Shown here piece after piece: positions 25,129-37,858 of a DNA stretch of 64,000 nt (the stretch's first letter is position 1; every line of letters starts with the position of its first letter). The DNA is from Glaucostegus cemiculus (Eukaryota): positions 17,050,001 through 17,114,000 of the forward strand of contig CDPCPM010000010.1 in the NCBI GenBank assembly GCA_976551045.1, written 5' to 3'. Made by a program: the position numbers and the translations under genes. The notes beneath the pieces are model-generated. The model saw nothing but the letters and a program-made list of their open reading frames with translations, was not told where the DNA came from and ran no database searches.

Positions 25129-27184
25129 AGTCTGGTGTAACCAAAGTTTTATACAACAGTGACATGAGTTCCTGACTCTTATACTCTGCTAAATGTTAGA
25201 TTCTTGTTGTAAGTTCAAAACATAACATTGTTGGAGTCCAATATAGTGGTGTTAATTCAGCATTGCTGGCAGTTTGATGTCACAGTCTGTCTGAGCTGAA
25301 TCCTCCCAGGGTGTAAGAGTGTCTTGTGCACCCTTCCCAATGTGGTGTCTGTCATGACATTTGACTCCCACTACAAGTGTGCAAGGGCAGCACATCACAA
25401 GCCAAGTTGGATTCAAGCTGACTCCCATTGCCCCCATATAACAGGCAGTATGCTGATGAATGTTGCAGCTATTGAGTTTTGATTGCTGGTTTACTGATAG
25501 TACGTGAGAAAACATACCATTGGAACAGTTCAGCTGCTTGTTTTAAATTATAAGAGTTTCACAGGCCATTAGCAAAATGAGACTTCAACTTGGCATCCCA
25601 TTAAGCCACAAATGCTGCTTTTCTGCAGGCCAGCATATTAACCATGTGTCACAGAAGATAAAGTGTGAGAGAATTTGGCAAGTCCGATTTGCAATACTCT
25701 GTTGTTACAGCTGTAAAAACTGGTACAATCAATCTTGTTAATCCAGGTGACTCTCTCAATGAAAAGCTAAAATCTTATCTCAGTCTGTTTGATGCAGACT
25801 GCAACAAGCACAGCTGCTGCCACGGTGATTTCAGCTGGAATAAAGCCAATCCAGTTTAACCTTTTCAGTATTAATGCTACATGGTGCTGATGGATTGGCA
25901 CGAGCAATACCCTTTAGCAACATAATCGTCTTATCATTATGTGATCAATCCTGAATCATAGCAAAGACACAAACTGCCTGAAGCATTTGGTACTCAGACA
26001 TTTATGCCTTCTGTCCTGAGTCTGGTGGGTTTCTTGGTTTTATATTCCTCCTTAATTTATAGATTGGGCTTGATTTCTTCTCTTCACTGTTGTTTCTCTT
26101 TCAATATTGGATCTGGGCAAAATTCAAGGAGGTTAGATCAAAGACTGATAAATCCAGATGGCTCAATTATAGTTATTCAATTACTTTTTAGAGGCTTGTC
26201 TTGCACAAGTGTGTCATGCTTGGCAGCTAGTCTGGGAAGAGGATTTGAACTTGGTGCCACTGTGTTGTTTGCGTTCTCCACTTTGGGATACCTGGAATGC
26301 ATAGTACACCTGCAGAGAAAAAACTAAGTTTGCTCTGTAACTTTGCAAATTGTATTTATTCTGATTTATTCTATGTTCATCAAGTCAGAAGCTTCTAAGT
26401 ACCCATACTTTACTGTTTTCTAGTGCAATAATTATCTGTCCCCTGTCTGACTGATTATGGGAAATGCTACATTTTGGAACCTGTAATGATACTTGACTGT
26501 ATCTATTTTGGGAATTTTGCCTGTTGGACTGCCCTTGAACAATCAGCAGAGGGAGGGCGGGACAGTGGTTCAGAAAGAGTGGATGATAAATATCAGTCGA
26601 CAGGTGTGCAGACGGAGGGAGCTACCAAAGAAGGGAAGAAGAATAACTGGTAGAGGTAAGGGCACTGATCTTGAGAGAAGGGGAGAAAGCAGCAAGTTAA
26701 TTTTGTGGGTAGAGCACTATGATATGATTATTTAGCATGTTTAATGCTATTAACTAGGGGTGAACTTCTAAGTAAGTTATCCCAGCAATGTAGTAGCATT
26801 TGCTTAGTGATTCACCAGATTGTCAGCCTGGATCATGTGCTCTAATTCAGGAGAGGATATAGTAATCTTCTAAAGAATAATGGAAAAATTATAGCAAAGA
26901 AGGAGGCCATTCAGCCCATTGTGAACTTACTGCCCAGATAATGGGCTCTCTGGCTCAGTCTTGGGGGTCTTGGACTGTCACCTTATGGAACTCCTTGAAT
27001 TCTCCCTCAACACCTTTTTTGAATGCCATGAAAAGTTCTGCCTCCTCCACCCTGAGGAGACTTACAATGGGCAGTAAATATATCAAAATAAATATGATAT
27101 ATTCACCGTCAGGTAAAAGAAATGTTCTTTCCACCTTCCTTTTAAACTTTCTGCTATTAAGTGAAATCCACGGCGCTGGATACT

Positions 27185-27470
27185 GGTCTATGACTCTTTT
27201 TTTTTCCCCCCCCAATCCACTCTGTCTATGACTCTTCCCCCACCCCCCATCCACTCTGTCTATGACTCTTCTCCCCCCCCCCCCCCACCTCCTCTCCCCC
27301 CCGCCCCTGGCACTCCACCTACAACCGCACCCCATTCTCCACCCACACCCTGTGCCCCACCTGCACACTCTCTCTCTCACACACAAAATCCATCCCCTTA
27401 CATACACATCACCCACCCACCCACCCCTTCCCCATCATACACATACAATCCACTCTCCACCTCCTCCAGA
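27185..27470. repeat. About 33-bp minisatellite (2.5 copies) and C-rich low complexity
   Basis: tctatgactctt...atccactctg repeated; C-runs. Confidence 0.75.
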
Positions 27471-27779
27471 TTATCCAGATCTTTCTCTTTGCTCACATTT
27501 ATCCTGTCATATAACATATATTCCCTTGCCTTGTTAGGTCTCTGTAAATGCATTCCATTCCATTTGGCATTTTTCTCTCTGCCTGACAAGTTCATTTATA
27601 TCCTCCAGCAAAATGCAGCTTTGTTCTTCACTAAAAACCACAGCCAATTTTTAAAACATCTTCAGACTTCTTAATCTTTCTCCTCCTTTTTGCAGTCTAA
27701 ATCACTGATATTCAAACAAAGGGGGAACCTGTGACTGAGCCCTGTTGAACCTTACTGCAGAATAAAATGCAGAGGTATA

Positions 27780-28720
27780 AAATACATATTTAGTGTCCCA
27801 CAGAAATGACACAGTGGTAACTTAATGCACAAATAACTATTTTTTCACAGCTACAGTCTTCCCAGTCACAACAATACTTGATAATCATTACTATTTGCTT
27901 CCTGCCACTGAGCCAATTTTGAGTCTAATTTGCCATTCACCCTTGGATTCCAATCTGCCATCTGGAACCTTATCAAAAGCATTGTTAAAATCTATGTAAA
28001 CCACATTAAACATGCTATCTTCATCAACCCTCTGTTATCTACATGAAAAGTTTAATCAAGTTTGTCTGACAAATCTATGCTGGCTGTTCTTGATAAATGA
28101 TCTAAGTAATGATTAATATTGTTTATTGATTAATACTGTTTCTTTTACCCTGCAGCTAGTCTTTTTGCATATGCCCCGTTGTTTTGACAATACGTTAAAG
28201 TAATTACTTCCAGTCCACTTTTGCTAAGTGGAATTGTCACTACCTAATTGAGAATTTTTACTCCTGGCCTTTGTCTTCTTCCATGACAATGCTAAATATA
28301 ATTAATGTATAATCACTATTCTAAAATATCCTCCCACTAATATCTCCCACTTGGCTAGCTTCATTCCCTAAAACTCTGCAGAATTGACATCACACTTGTG
28401 TTTGCTGCGTACAGATTAGATAAGCTCTCCCAAAAGTGTTTAAAGACTGCTATGCCCTCTATACCTTCTACATTATTGTTTCTAACACACTTAATAGATG
28501 GGTAATTGCTACCTCCTTTTGCTGCCTTATTGATTTGGCACGTCAGTGATTTGCCTGCACATTTGCTCTTAAATCTGTCTCTGTCTATGGTTCATAGTAT
28601 ATTCCGACCAATATCATTGCCCCTCGTGTTCTTTGGTTCAACACCTTGTTTATTGATTCTTCCTTCCATGTCAAGGAGATCATGTCCATTAAAAGAATAT
28701 CCTTAATTCAGAAACAATCC
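27780..28720 (-). mobile_element. Highly decayed CR1 fragments
   Basis: ggaaccttatcaaaagc...atctatgtaaaccac is the reverse of the DVVYxDF..AFDKVP region. Confidence 0.55.
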
Positions 28721-29849
28721 CATTGTCTGCTGATAAAATACAATGCAATGACAATAATTTTATCACTCACTCAAGGCAGATTAATTCAGCAGATATCTAC
28801 CATGTTACAGTTTTATGCATGGGTTTTGATCTCCCATCACTATGTTGCAATGTGTCTTCTGTTTTTGTGCTCTGGATGCTGGAAGCCTGCTCTCTTTCCC
28901 CTTGATGACCAATGGAATGCTCTTTCTTAGATGGTTCAACTTCTGCTTGCAGCAGGGGCTGAAGGAGTATCTGAAATTGTGGGCTTTGGGGCATAAATGC
29001 TAATGCTGCATTAGATGCTGTGGGGGTGGGGGGTAATTCATGAAGTGGAGACACTGGTGTTCCAAACCTGCACATCAAACCACCTCTCAATGGTACAAAG
29101 ATTTGCTGATATTCAGTTTGCTCTACCATTGGTTGAACTTCCAGACCTGGAACTGAGCTGGCTGTCAGATGCTGAATCACAGGCCCCTGGTGTAAGCTAT
29201 TTACACTCATTTCCTCAGATTCAGCTGTCTCAGCTCATGATGAAGAGAGGTGCCAGTGGCTGGGGGTTGGGAGCTTGGTTCATATCACTGCTCCTGCAAA
29301 GAGATACAAATTCCTGTGTGCTCTCCCTCTGCTCTTCCAACAGAGAAATTGGCTGATGTGTGGCAGCTCTTAGTTCATTCAGAACAACTAGGTGCTCATG
29401 AGCACCATCACTTTCACCTGTAGAGCAGAGAGCTGCTCATGAGGTGCATCTGAGTTTGTTGAGAGCAGCAACCGGCTCATGAATGGCATCTTGCTGCTCA
29501 TTGAGAATATCAGGCTGCTCCTAGGTGTACATTGTAATTCCTTCAGAAGATCACGCTGTTCCCAATAGCAGAAGCAAACCTCTAGCTTGATCAGTATGAG
29601 GCAGCATTGGAGCAGTCTCCTGTCTGTGCCTCCATGGGAACTGAGTTAGTTGGCACGTGACAGGACTGTTACTGATTCCCCAGCAAAGAAGTGTGCATGA
29701 CATTCAGAATGGAGGTTGTGATGTCCTGGCTCCGTATAACCCACTCTGAGGGATGCAGTTGGATTCCTCTGGTTTCTTGTCATTTGTTGCATTTAGTCAG
29801 GCAACCTTTCCAGCTTGCTGACCATCTCACTCTGTACTTCATTCACAGA

Positions 29850-30590
29850 ACTGCAGAGTCATAGAATGATGACAGCACAGAACGAGGCTACTTGTCTCAC
29901 ATGTACTGGTTCTATACGAAAGACACCTGCACTCGTACACCCTCTCCACACAGCCCTGCAAATTATTTCAGATACATATCCGGTTCCTTTTCGAACAGAA
30001 TAATTGTACCTGTCTCAACCCAGCAGTGATACCCAAATGCTAACCACTCACTGCGAAAAATATTTTTTCCTTATGTCACTTTTACCAATCACCATTATTC
30101 TCTATCCCTTGGTTTTTGAGCCCTTCACCAATGCTGATAGTGTCTAGTTATCTACAATGTTTAATATCTACAATTCTTTGATAGTTTTAAATATTTCTTT
30201 TTAATATCCTGGCAATCAACTCTTTTCAAAGGAGAACATTGGATCTTGGAGTTGTACCTGTTAGTATAGATGGCCTCTTATTCTTCCAAACAAAATGTAG
30301 CACTTGGTATTCCAAACATTAAATTGCATCTCCTTGAACACTATTTGTATCCTTCACACAGTTTGCTATGCCTCTGAGTTTTGTGTCACCTGCAAATTTA
30401 GAAATAGTATCCTGAGAAGTCTAAGCAATTAATATATTAAAAAAAAGTTCTAGTATCATCCCACAGGGAACTCTGCTCTAGTTCAAAATTACCTTTTAAT
30501 TACTGCTGTTTCTTGTTACATTGTTCCAACACCTTCAGTTTATGGACAAGCCAACTATGTGGCCTTTCTTTGATGCCTTTTGGAAGTCCA
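29850..30590 (-). mobile_element. Decayed CR1 3' fragments
   Basis: Reverse KFAGDT-like motif at about 30385-30400 and CR1-like 3' end. Confidence 0.5.
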
Positions 30591-30594
30591 TGTA

Positions 30595-30720
30595 CAGGTC
30601 CTCCCCAGGTTATGACAGGGTTCCATTTCTGTGAACTGTTCTGGTTACAAACAATTCACAATTCAGAAATGTGGCCACAAACCAAATTCCCACACAGCAG
30701 AAGTGCGAATGTATGACATG
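30595..30720 (+). mobile_element. Tigger/pogo-like terminal fragment
   Basis: TA followed by CAGGTCCTCCCCAGGTTATGAC TIR-like sequence; the partner end was not found. Confidence 0.4.
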
Positions 30721-32117
30721 GATGCCTCTAACATATTCTGCTCATCCCTTGTGGTGTCACTCACTGAGGAGGTGCTGTGGTATATCAGACACAATGAATA
30801 GTACTGGGGTCATCATTACCATAGTCATTGTCATCTGACCCCCACCCACCCCCTCTTCCTCCTCTCCTCCTGTGTGTCATACTTTATCCTGCTATGTCCT
30901 GTTCTAGGGATTGGGGAAACAAATGGCATATCCTGCTAACTAGCAAATGCAAAACAGCACTTGTAAGCTGTGGCAAAAACACCTTTAGGGTGATGTAGCA
31001 CCACAGATGGCAATGATGGTGTCTATCATTCATCGAATCTAAGGGTTGTGATAATCACAGTGAAATATTGATAGTGGACACACCTGCCAGATTATGTATT
31101 TTATGTGTTTGAAATTGCTTGAGGTTCAATGGCCCCTCTTCCTATCTGAACATAGAACACAGAACAATACAGCACAGTACAGGCCCTTCAGGCCACAATG
31201 TTATACTGACCTATATAAACCTACTCCCTGATCAATCTAACCCTACACAGCCCATAACCCTCAATTTTTCTTACATCCATGTGTCTAAGTCTTTTAATTT
31301 GGTGCAAGATGATCTCCTTTGTATATGTTGGTGTACAGCAGATCTTGACTTAGCTCGGATTTGAAGTTCCTTCTGGCATTGTTTCTTGTTCTGCAGATTC
31401 TCACTTCTGGCTGATGCAATTTGATCAAACATCTTTTCTGGCCCCTTGGCGCACAGGACATCCTTCCTAAAATATATCATTGATAAGGATTTCTATAATC
31501 CCTCTGTGTGAATCCAGGAGCTCTTTCTCTCTCTCCTGCAGCCTCACAGCCCATAGTAGCCATTATGTGTGTTGGTCCTGTCTGGTTCTGTGCTTTAAAG
31601 GCTAAAATCTTTCTGACAGTGGTTCAGAGCAAATTGTTGACCCTATCCCAAACTGACTGTGGTCCCACCAGGAATCATTCAATCTCATTATTGTGCATCT
31701 TTCTGGGTGAGAACTATTTTAACACTGCTTCTGATGTCCTTTTAGGTGATTTTCACCATGATTTCTTTGAGAACTCCAAAATAGAGTGAAACACTGCTAG
31801 GCAACTATAGCTCAAGCCATCCATTTGTTATGTCATGTGCAATTTGCATCAATCATAAAGATATTATATATTAATTTTTGCACAATTATTTATTGAATTC
31901 AAATGTAATGCTGTTTTACCTTTTAATTATGTGATGTGGTGCATAGCTAATCTTTGCTGGCATATTTCCTTTTAGGTTTGCACAGAATGCTTAAGCTATC
32001 AAATAAGGAAAAAGTATTTTACCATCTATAATCGGCTTGATCATGGGGTCAACTGCAACTATTTAATATTCTGAGTTAAGATTTTGCATAAACTAGCCTG
32101 AAGAGTAACTAACATTG

Positions 32118-32399
32118 AGGTCATAGCTTTAAGGTGAGAGGGAGAATGTTTAAAGGAGATTTATAAGGTAAGTTTTTTTACACAGAGTGGTAGGTACCTG
32201 GAGCACACCGCCAGGGGAAAGTGGTAGAGGCAAATTATGACAGCAATGTTTAAAAGGCTTTTAGACAGTCACATGAACAGGCAGAGAATGGAGGCAATGA
32301 ATCATGTGCAGGCAGATGGGATTAATTTAGGTTGGCATAATGATCAGCACAGACATTGTAGGCTGAAGGGCCTGTTCCTGTGCTGTATTGTTCTATGTT
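32118..32399 (+). mobile_element. CR1 3' end
   Basis: ggtcatagctttaaggtgag...gaagggcctgttcctgtgctgtattgttctatg. Confidence 0.85.
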
Positions 32400-32404
32400 T
32401 TAAC

Positions 32405-32813
32405 TGTCACAATGTTGATTGAAGAGCAAGCTCACAGAGAACCCAAATGCAGCACACTGGTACAAGACTGGAGTCAGGATGATACTTCAGGACCAATCAC
32501 AAGTAGCAACTGGAAGGAAATCTTGCCTCAGAGATCTGAATAGTAATCCCAACACAAATTGAATCTTCAAGCAGGAATAGAGAACACAGGACTGCTCTAG
32601 AGTAGACCACTCTAAGCAGCTAGGAGCCAAAGTATACCTGAACGTTGACCAATCCTCTGGCAACTAGTGCTAGAGAAACCCAGGTACTTATGCTAGGCCC
32701 CTGATGGGGCTCAGGTGTGTGTCATTATGCAATCAGTCCAGCATGGAATCCATGTGCTATACAACGAGGCATCTAAGGAACCAAACCAAGGGCCAGTACT
32801 CAGAATCATGACA
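32405..32813 (-). mobile_element. Solo LTR (409 bp) with 5-bp TSD TTAAC, inverted relative to 24677-25085
   Basis: TGTCAC...TGACA termini; TTAAC at 32400-32404 and 32814-32818; reverse complement aligns over the full length with the first copy. Confidence 0.9.
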
Positions 32814-32904
32814 TTAACAGAGAAATCAAGGGAATCAAAACCAAACACTTACCCTTGGTCTGATAGTCTTCACCCTGGAGCTTTTTTAAAAAGGTAGCCA
32901 TCCA

Positions 32905-33195
32905 ATCATAGAGTTGTACAGCCCATGGTGATCAAAGTGCCTTCCTGAGCTAGTCCCATTTACTTGTGTTTGGCCTATAGTATATCCCTCTAAATCTTTC
33001 TTATTCATTTATCTGTCTAAATGTCTTGTAAACATTGTAATTGTACCCATCTCTACCACTTCCCCCTGGCAGCTCATTTCATATTCCCACCATCCTCCAT
33101 TAAACCTGCCCCTCAGGACCTTTTAAATCTCTTCGCCCCCCCCCCCCCCCCCTTCACCTTAAACCTATTCCCTCTGGTTTAGAGTCCCTACCCTA
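32905..33195 (-). mobile_element. CR1 3' end
   Basis: Reverse of a CR1 3'UTR and ORF2 end. Confidence 0.6.
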
Positions 33196-33229
33196 CAGAT
33201 ATGAGCTCTCTAGCTTATAGAGATAGGAA

Positions 33230-34500
33230 TGAATTAGTGATAATCTTTCAAAATTCACTAGATTCTTGAGTAATCCCTTTTAAGCATCTTTTGTTTAAGA
33301 AGAGAAGAATAAAAATGGAGAATAATGGAATATTTGGCTTGAAATCCACTTAACAAAATACTGGAATCAATTATAAAATATGTAGTAGCACAGCACTTAG
33401 AAAATCATAATGTGATTATTTGGAGTCAATATGATTTTATGAAGGGGAAATCCTGTCTGACAAATCAAAAAAATGATTTTTTTTTTGTGAAGAAACAAAT
33501 AGGGTGGATAAAGAGGGACCAGTGCATGTAATACTTTCTTTTTCAAAATGCATTTGGAGGTACTACATCAAAGTCTGTTATATAGAATAAGGGCTGAAAC
33601 ACATTTGTAAGGATCAGTTAAAGGACAGAAAACAAAAAATCTGGAATTAAGGAGTCAATTTCAAACTGTTAGTAGAGGGGTCAAGGCAATTGATATCAGG
33701 CCTTGCCTATTCACAATCTATATCAATTACTTTATTGAAGAGATAGATGGCAATTTACCCAAGTATGCTGATGACCCCAAACTAGGTGAGAAAGTGAGTT
33801 GTGAGTCAATGTCAAAGGATGGATAAAAATTAAGGCATTGGATAAGAAGGTAGCAAATGGAGTATAATGTAGGAATAATCGATATTATGAATGGAAGAAT
33901 CAGGAAAAAAAACAATGTTTTTTATATGGTGAGAAAATAGTAAATGTTGTTTGGTAGAAGGATCTTGGAAAGCTAGTCCATGAGGTGCAGAGAGTAGGAA
34001 AGCAAATGGTAGGTTGACTTTTTTTGCAAGAAGGATGGAGCACAAATACATGAAGTGGGTGTGGTGAGTAGGTGAGCCATTTCCTTACAGAAGGAAGCAT
34101 AAACTTGTCCAGAGCCAGCGCAGTGTGGATTCACTAGATTGATTATTGGAATAAAGGGGCTGCCTTTGAGAAGGGATTGTGATTGGCCAATCTTAACTAA
34201 AGATTAGAAGAATGAGAAGTGATCTGTTTGAAACAAAGATTCTGAGAGAGGTTATCAGGATGGATATTAAGAAACTGCACCCTTGGGTCGAGTGTCTAGA
34301 AATAGAAGGCATAGTCTCAGGATCAGGGTTTGAGCTTTTAGGACTGAGGCAGAGAGAAGTGTCCACATGGGGAGCTAGTTTACAATTTTTGTAAACTTTG
34401 TAATTCTCGGCACAATGCTGTGGATGCTCAGTCTCAGGATATCCAAGGCTGATTTAACAGGTTTTGGCATACAAAGCGAATCTGAGGGTATGGGGAAACA
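33230..34500 (+). mobile_element. Decayed CR1 RT region
   Basis: Degenerate KGKSCLTN and KYADDPKLG motifs. Confidence 0.7.
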
Positions 34501-34959
34501 GTTGGGAATGTAGTCTTAAGTCTATTGGAGTTATTCACAGAGCCCTGCTGATCAAAGTCCTGAACTTCATGTTGAGGAGTGGAAGTTGTCTGTGTGTGTG
34601 TTCTCTTAACATTTTTCCACTCAGCTATCACATGAGGGTTGACAGACTGAAGTCTTGACCCAGTGGAAAGGAGGCCCAGGAATAACCATGACCAAGCTCT
34701 GATGTAGAGACATGAACAGAAATGTCAATGCCTATTGGCATGTATACACTTGTACACACAGACAGGTGGGCTCAGGCACAAACACATTTGCCCACAGCTG
34801 CTTTCTCGCACCCCCTGTCATTTTTTCCTCAATTTTATTCCTCTCACCCCCATTCCTCCAGCAACAAGTATGTCCGCTTTATCAGTGCCCCCATGCCTGC
34901 TAACCTCCTCCCAGCCTGCTTCAGTTCCTAAACTTCCTTTGTAAACTTGGCTCAGGATT

Positions 34960-35090
34960 TAATTCCCATTTTACTTCTGCTACATTATGGAAACAGGTTT
35001 ACAACTGTCTCAATATCAGTTCAAACTGGAGTTAAGCAAGGTTGCTTCATCACCTACACCCAAAACGTTTCTCAGTCTTTCTTCTGCAAT
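34960..35090 (+). mobile_element. RTE-like LINE fragment
   Basis: caaactggagttaagcaaggttgc reads QTGVKQGC, an RTE-type RT motif. Confidence 0.4.
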
Positions 35091-35629
35091 GCATAGTTGA
35101 TCCTATTAGGTCTGCACAGATCTCTTTGCTCACTGGTGCTGTGATGGAGCAGAAAATGATCCAGTTTATTTTAAAAGGAGTAAATTGACACAGGACTATA
35201 TACCTTTTTACTGGAAATATATTGTACTTCCTATATATTTTAAAATGGTGTTCTCTAGTTCTAAGTTTATAATCCTAGACATGTTGCCACAGCTCATAAT
35301 GAGTTTACCTGTGCATTTCAGCTGTTTAATTAGTAATCTCATATACACTTTAAAAGATTCTCTCTTGCCTACATAATAGGAAAGAAAGAGTTATCCTTCT
35401 GTGAACACACAGTGAGCCTTCTGGATTTAATGCTGAATTCTACAACTTGAGATGACTTTATTTCTATCCTTGTATCAGTTTGGTTGTATTTTTTTATCCC
35501 TTTTCTCCTTTTTTTCTGGAAGTGGAGGACATGCTCAGCCTGACCTGCCGGGCAAGTCTTCCTGCTCTTCTTTTCTCAACTTCTACATTATTTTGTCTGT
35601 GTTCTCCATCTGTAACTGATCCCATTCAC

Positions 35630-36760
35630 ACATTCAGAGGCACAAGAGATTCTGCAGGTGCTGGAATCTGAAGCAACACCCACAAAATACTGGAGGAACT
35701 CAGCAAGTCGGGCAGCATCTATGGAGAGAAATAAACAGTTGATATTTCAGGTTGAGACCCTTCATCAGGACTGGAAATGGAGGGCAGAAGATGGAATAAG
35801 AAGGTCAGGGGATGGGGAGAAGCATAGGTGATAGGTGATTTCAGGTGAGGGGAGAAGGTAGGAGGGTGGGGGTGAGGGAGGGGAAGGGTGAGAAGTAAGA
35901 AGCTGAAAGGTGATAGGTAGAAGAGGCAAAGGACTGAAGAAGAAGGAATATGGTTGGAGAGGGCAGTGGACCATGGAATAAAGGAAGGAGGTGGGGAATA
36001 GATGGGCTGGTCATGAGGGTGGGGTAAAGAGAAGGGGGGAGAGGGCCGCAAGAATGAGGGAAGACATAGGAGTAAAAAGGGGGGGGTAAGAAAAGAGGAA
36101 GGGTTCTACCACCTCCTATTTCGCCTTGGTAGTCTCCAGTCTGACGGCCTCAACATCAATTTCTCTAACTTCAGGTAACCCCCTCCCCTCTTATCCCCTC
36201 CCCACCTCCTTCCCATTATTCCATGGTCCACTGCCCTCTCCTACCAGATTCCTCCTCCTTCAGCCCTGTGCCTCTTTTACCTATCACCTTTCAGCTTCTT
36301 ACTTATTCCCCAACCCCACCATCATCATCCTACCTTCCCCTCTCACCTCAACTCGCCTATCACCTGAACTTGCCTATCACCTGCCTGCATGTGCTCCTCC
36401 CCCTCCCCCGACCTCCTTATTCTAGCTTTTGCCCTCTTCCTTCCCAGTCCCGATGAAGGGTCTCGACCAGATACATCGACTGTTTATTTCTTTCCATAGA
36501 TGCTGCCTGAGCTGCTGAGTTCCTCCAGCATTTTGTATGTGTTACCCCATTCACACATTGACCAGATATCCTTGTTTACAGCTTATTTCCATGGTGACCC
36601 CAGCTTTACCCTATCAGAAACCTCCCCCTTCCTCCCACCCTCCCTGCAGCTTCACAATCTTCTTTTGTCTCCTTCCCAGTTCTGATGAAGGGTTTCTGAT
36701 CTGAAATACCAGCTCTGTTTCTGACTTCCTTAGTATTTCCAACATTTTCTGTTTTTATAA
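35630..36760. mobile_element. Penelope-like inverted terminal-repeat cluster with hammerhead motifs
   Basis: 35630-36105 (minus) and 36106-36545 (plus) are inverted homologous arms; GIY-YIG tail HLLFRLGSLQSDGLNINFSNF; further repeat at 36600-36760. Confidence 0.85.
35736..35773 (-). ncRNA. Minimal (Penelope-type) hammerhead ribozyme motif
   Basis: CAGTC-CTGATGA-AGG GTCTCAA CCT-GAAA-T-ATC-AACTG: intact core, 3-bp stem II, helix I CAGT/ACTG. Confidence 0.65.
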
Positions 36761-37858
36761 TAGGGAGAGGGATGTTTTGTTTTATTCATGTAACTGTGAA
36801 AGAAGCAACTAAACGAGGAAAAAGGACAAAAGTCACTCAGAGGTTGTGGGATTTCTCAACACCTTGTATGTTTGGCCTCCAATGCGTTTCAACCCAGGAC
36901 CCTGCATTTGCAGTGCAGTGATACCGCTTTGTTTTGCAAGTAGGCACACTTAGTGTTGCATGCTAGGTTACAGTGGCTTGTACTTAATTGTGATTGGATC
37001 AGCTCAAGGTGTCTTGAGTGCTCGATTAGCTTTGTGGCAATGGCTGTGCGCACATCAAGTGAAAGCATCCAGTGGATGTTCAAGGAATGTAGTATAAGTA
37101 AATTTATCCCTGGAATCTCTTGCAGTGTGTTTCCTTGTATGCATCAACAGCCAAGGTGTCAGGAGTAAGCAGTGACAACTGAAGCCATGCATTTTAAGGC
37201 ATCTATCCCTTCGTTCGGGGTACCAGTAAGGCATTTTTTTTCGATGTATCTGTGCTCATTAAAGTGAAAAGTGACAGTATTGGGAAATGGAAACTTTCTC
37301 TGAAAATGGAATCATAGTATCAACCACCCCACAACAAGTTTTTATTAAGTGTGGCATGGAGAAATCCTGGTGCAGTTTGGGCTGTGCACTAATGAGCCCA
37401 GAACTGACAGCAGTAAACCAGCTGATGGTTTGCAATGTTTTCAAAGCAGAGAAAGTGAAACACCAAACAAAACTCACTCCATGTTCATTGCTAAGTGTTT
37501 TTTACATTGTAATTTTGCCAGGTAAGGAGGAATTATAGTGCTGGCTCAGCAAAGTCCCTTCTCAGAACTTTGTCTAGGTGATGTCTAGGAGGTTCCAGTG
37601 TGAAGAAAATTGCAACTGACTATATGCTGCTTACCTCATTAGAGAATTATAAGAAGGAAAGCATGAAAAAACTTTTAGTTCTGTTATCCCTGGTTGCTTC
37701 CCTGACTAGTTACAGCTAACAAAATGCTTTAATTTCATGTAAAATATATAACTATGGAGAAGATTTCCTTCCACGTCTGTGGTTTAGTGAAACTGACTCA
37801 AAGTAGATGAGATATAGGTCTTATTTTTCTGATTGATGTAAAGTGTCCAAATAAAATT

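Noticed and set aside
26955-27674. Pro-rich or Gly-rich ORFs
   Set aside because: Arise from the C-rich low-complexity tract
24677-32813. One large DNA transposon with 409-bp TIRs
   Set aside because: Each repeat has its own TSD and TG...CA ends; the outer flanks do not match
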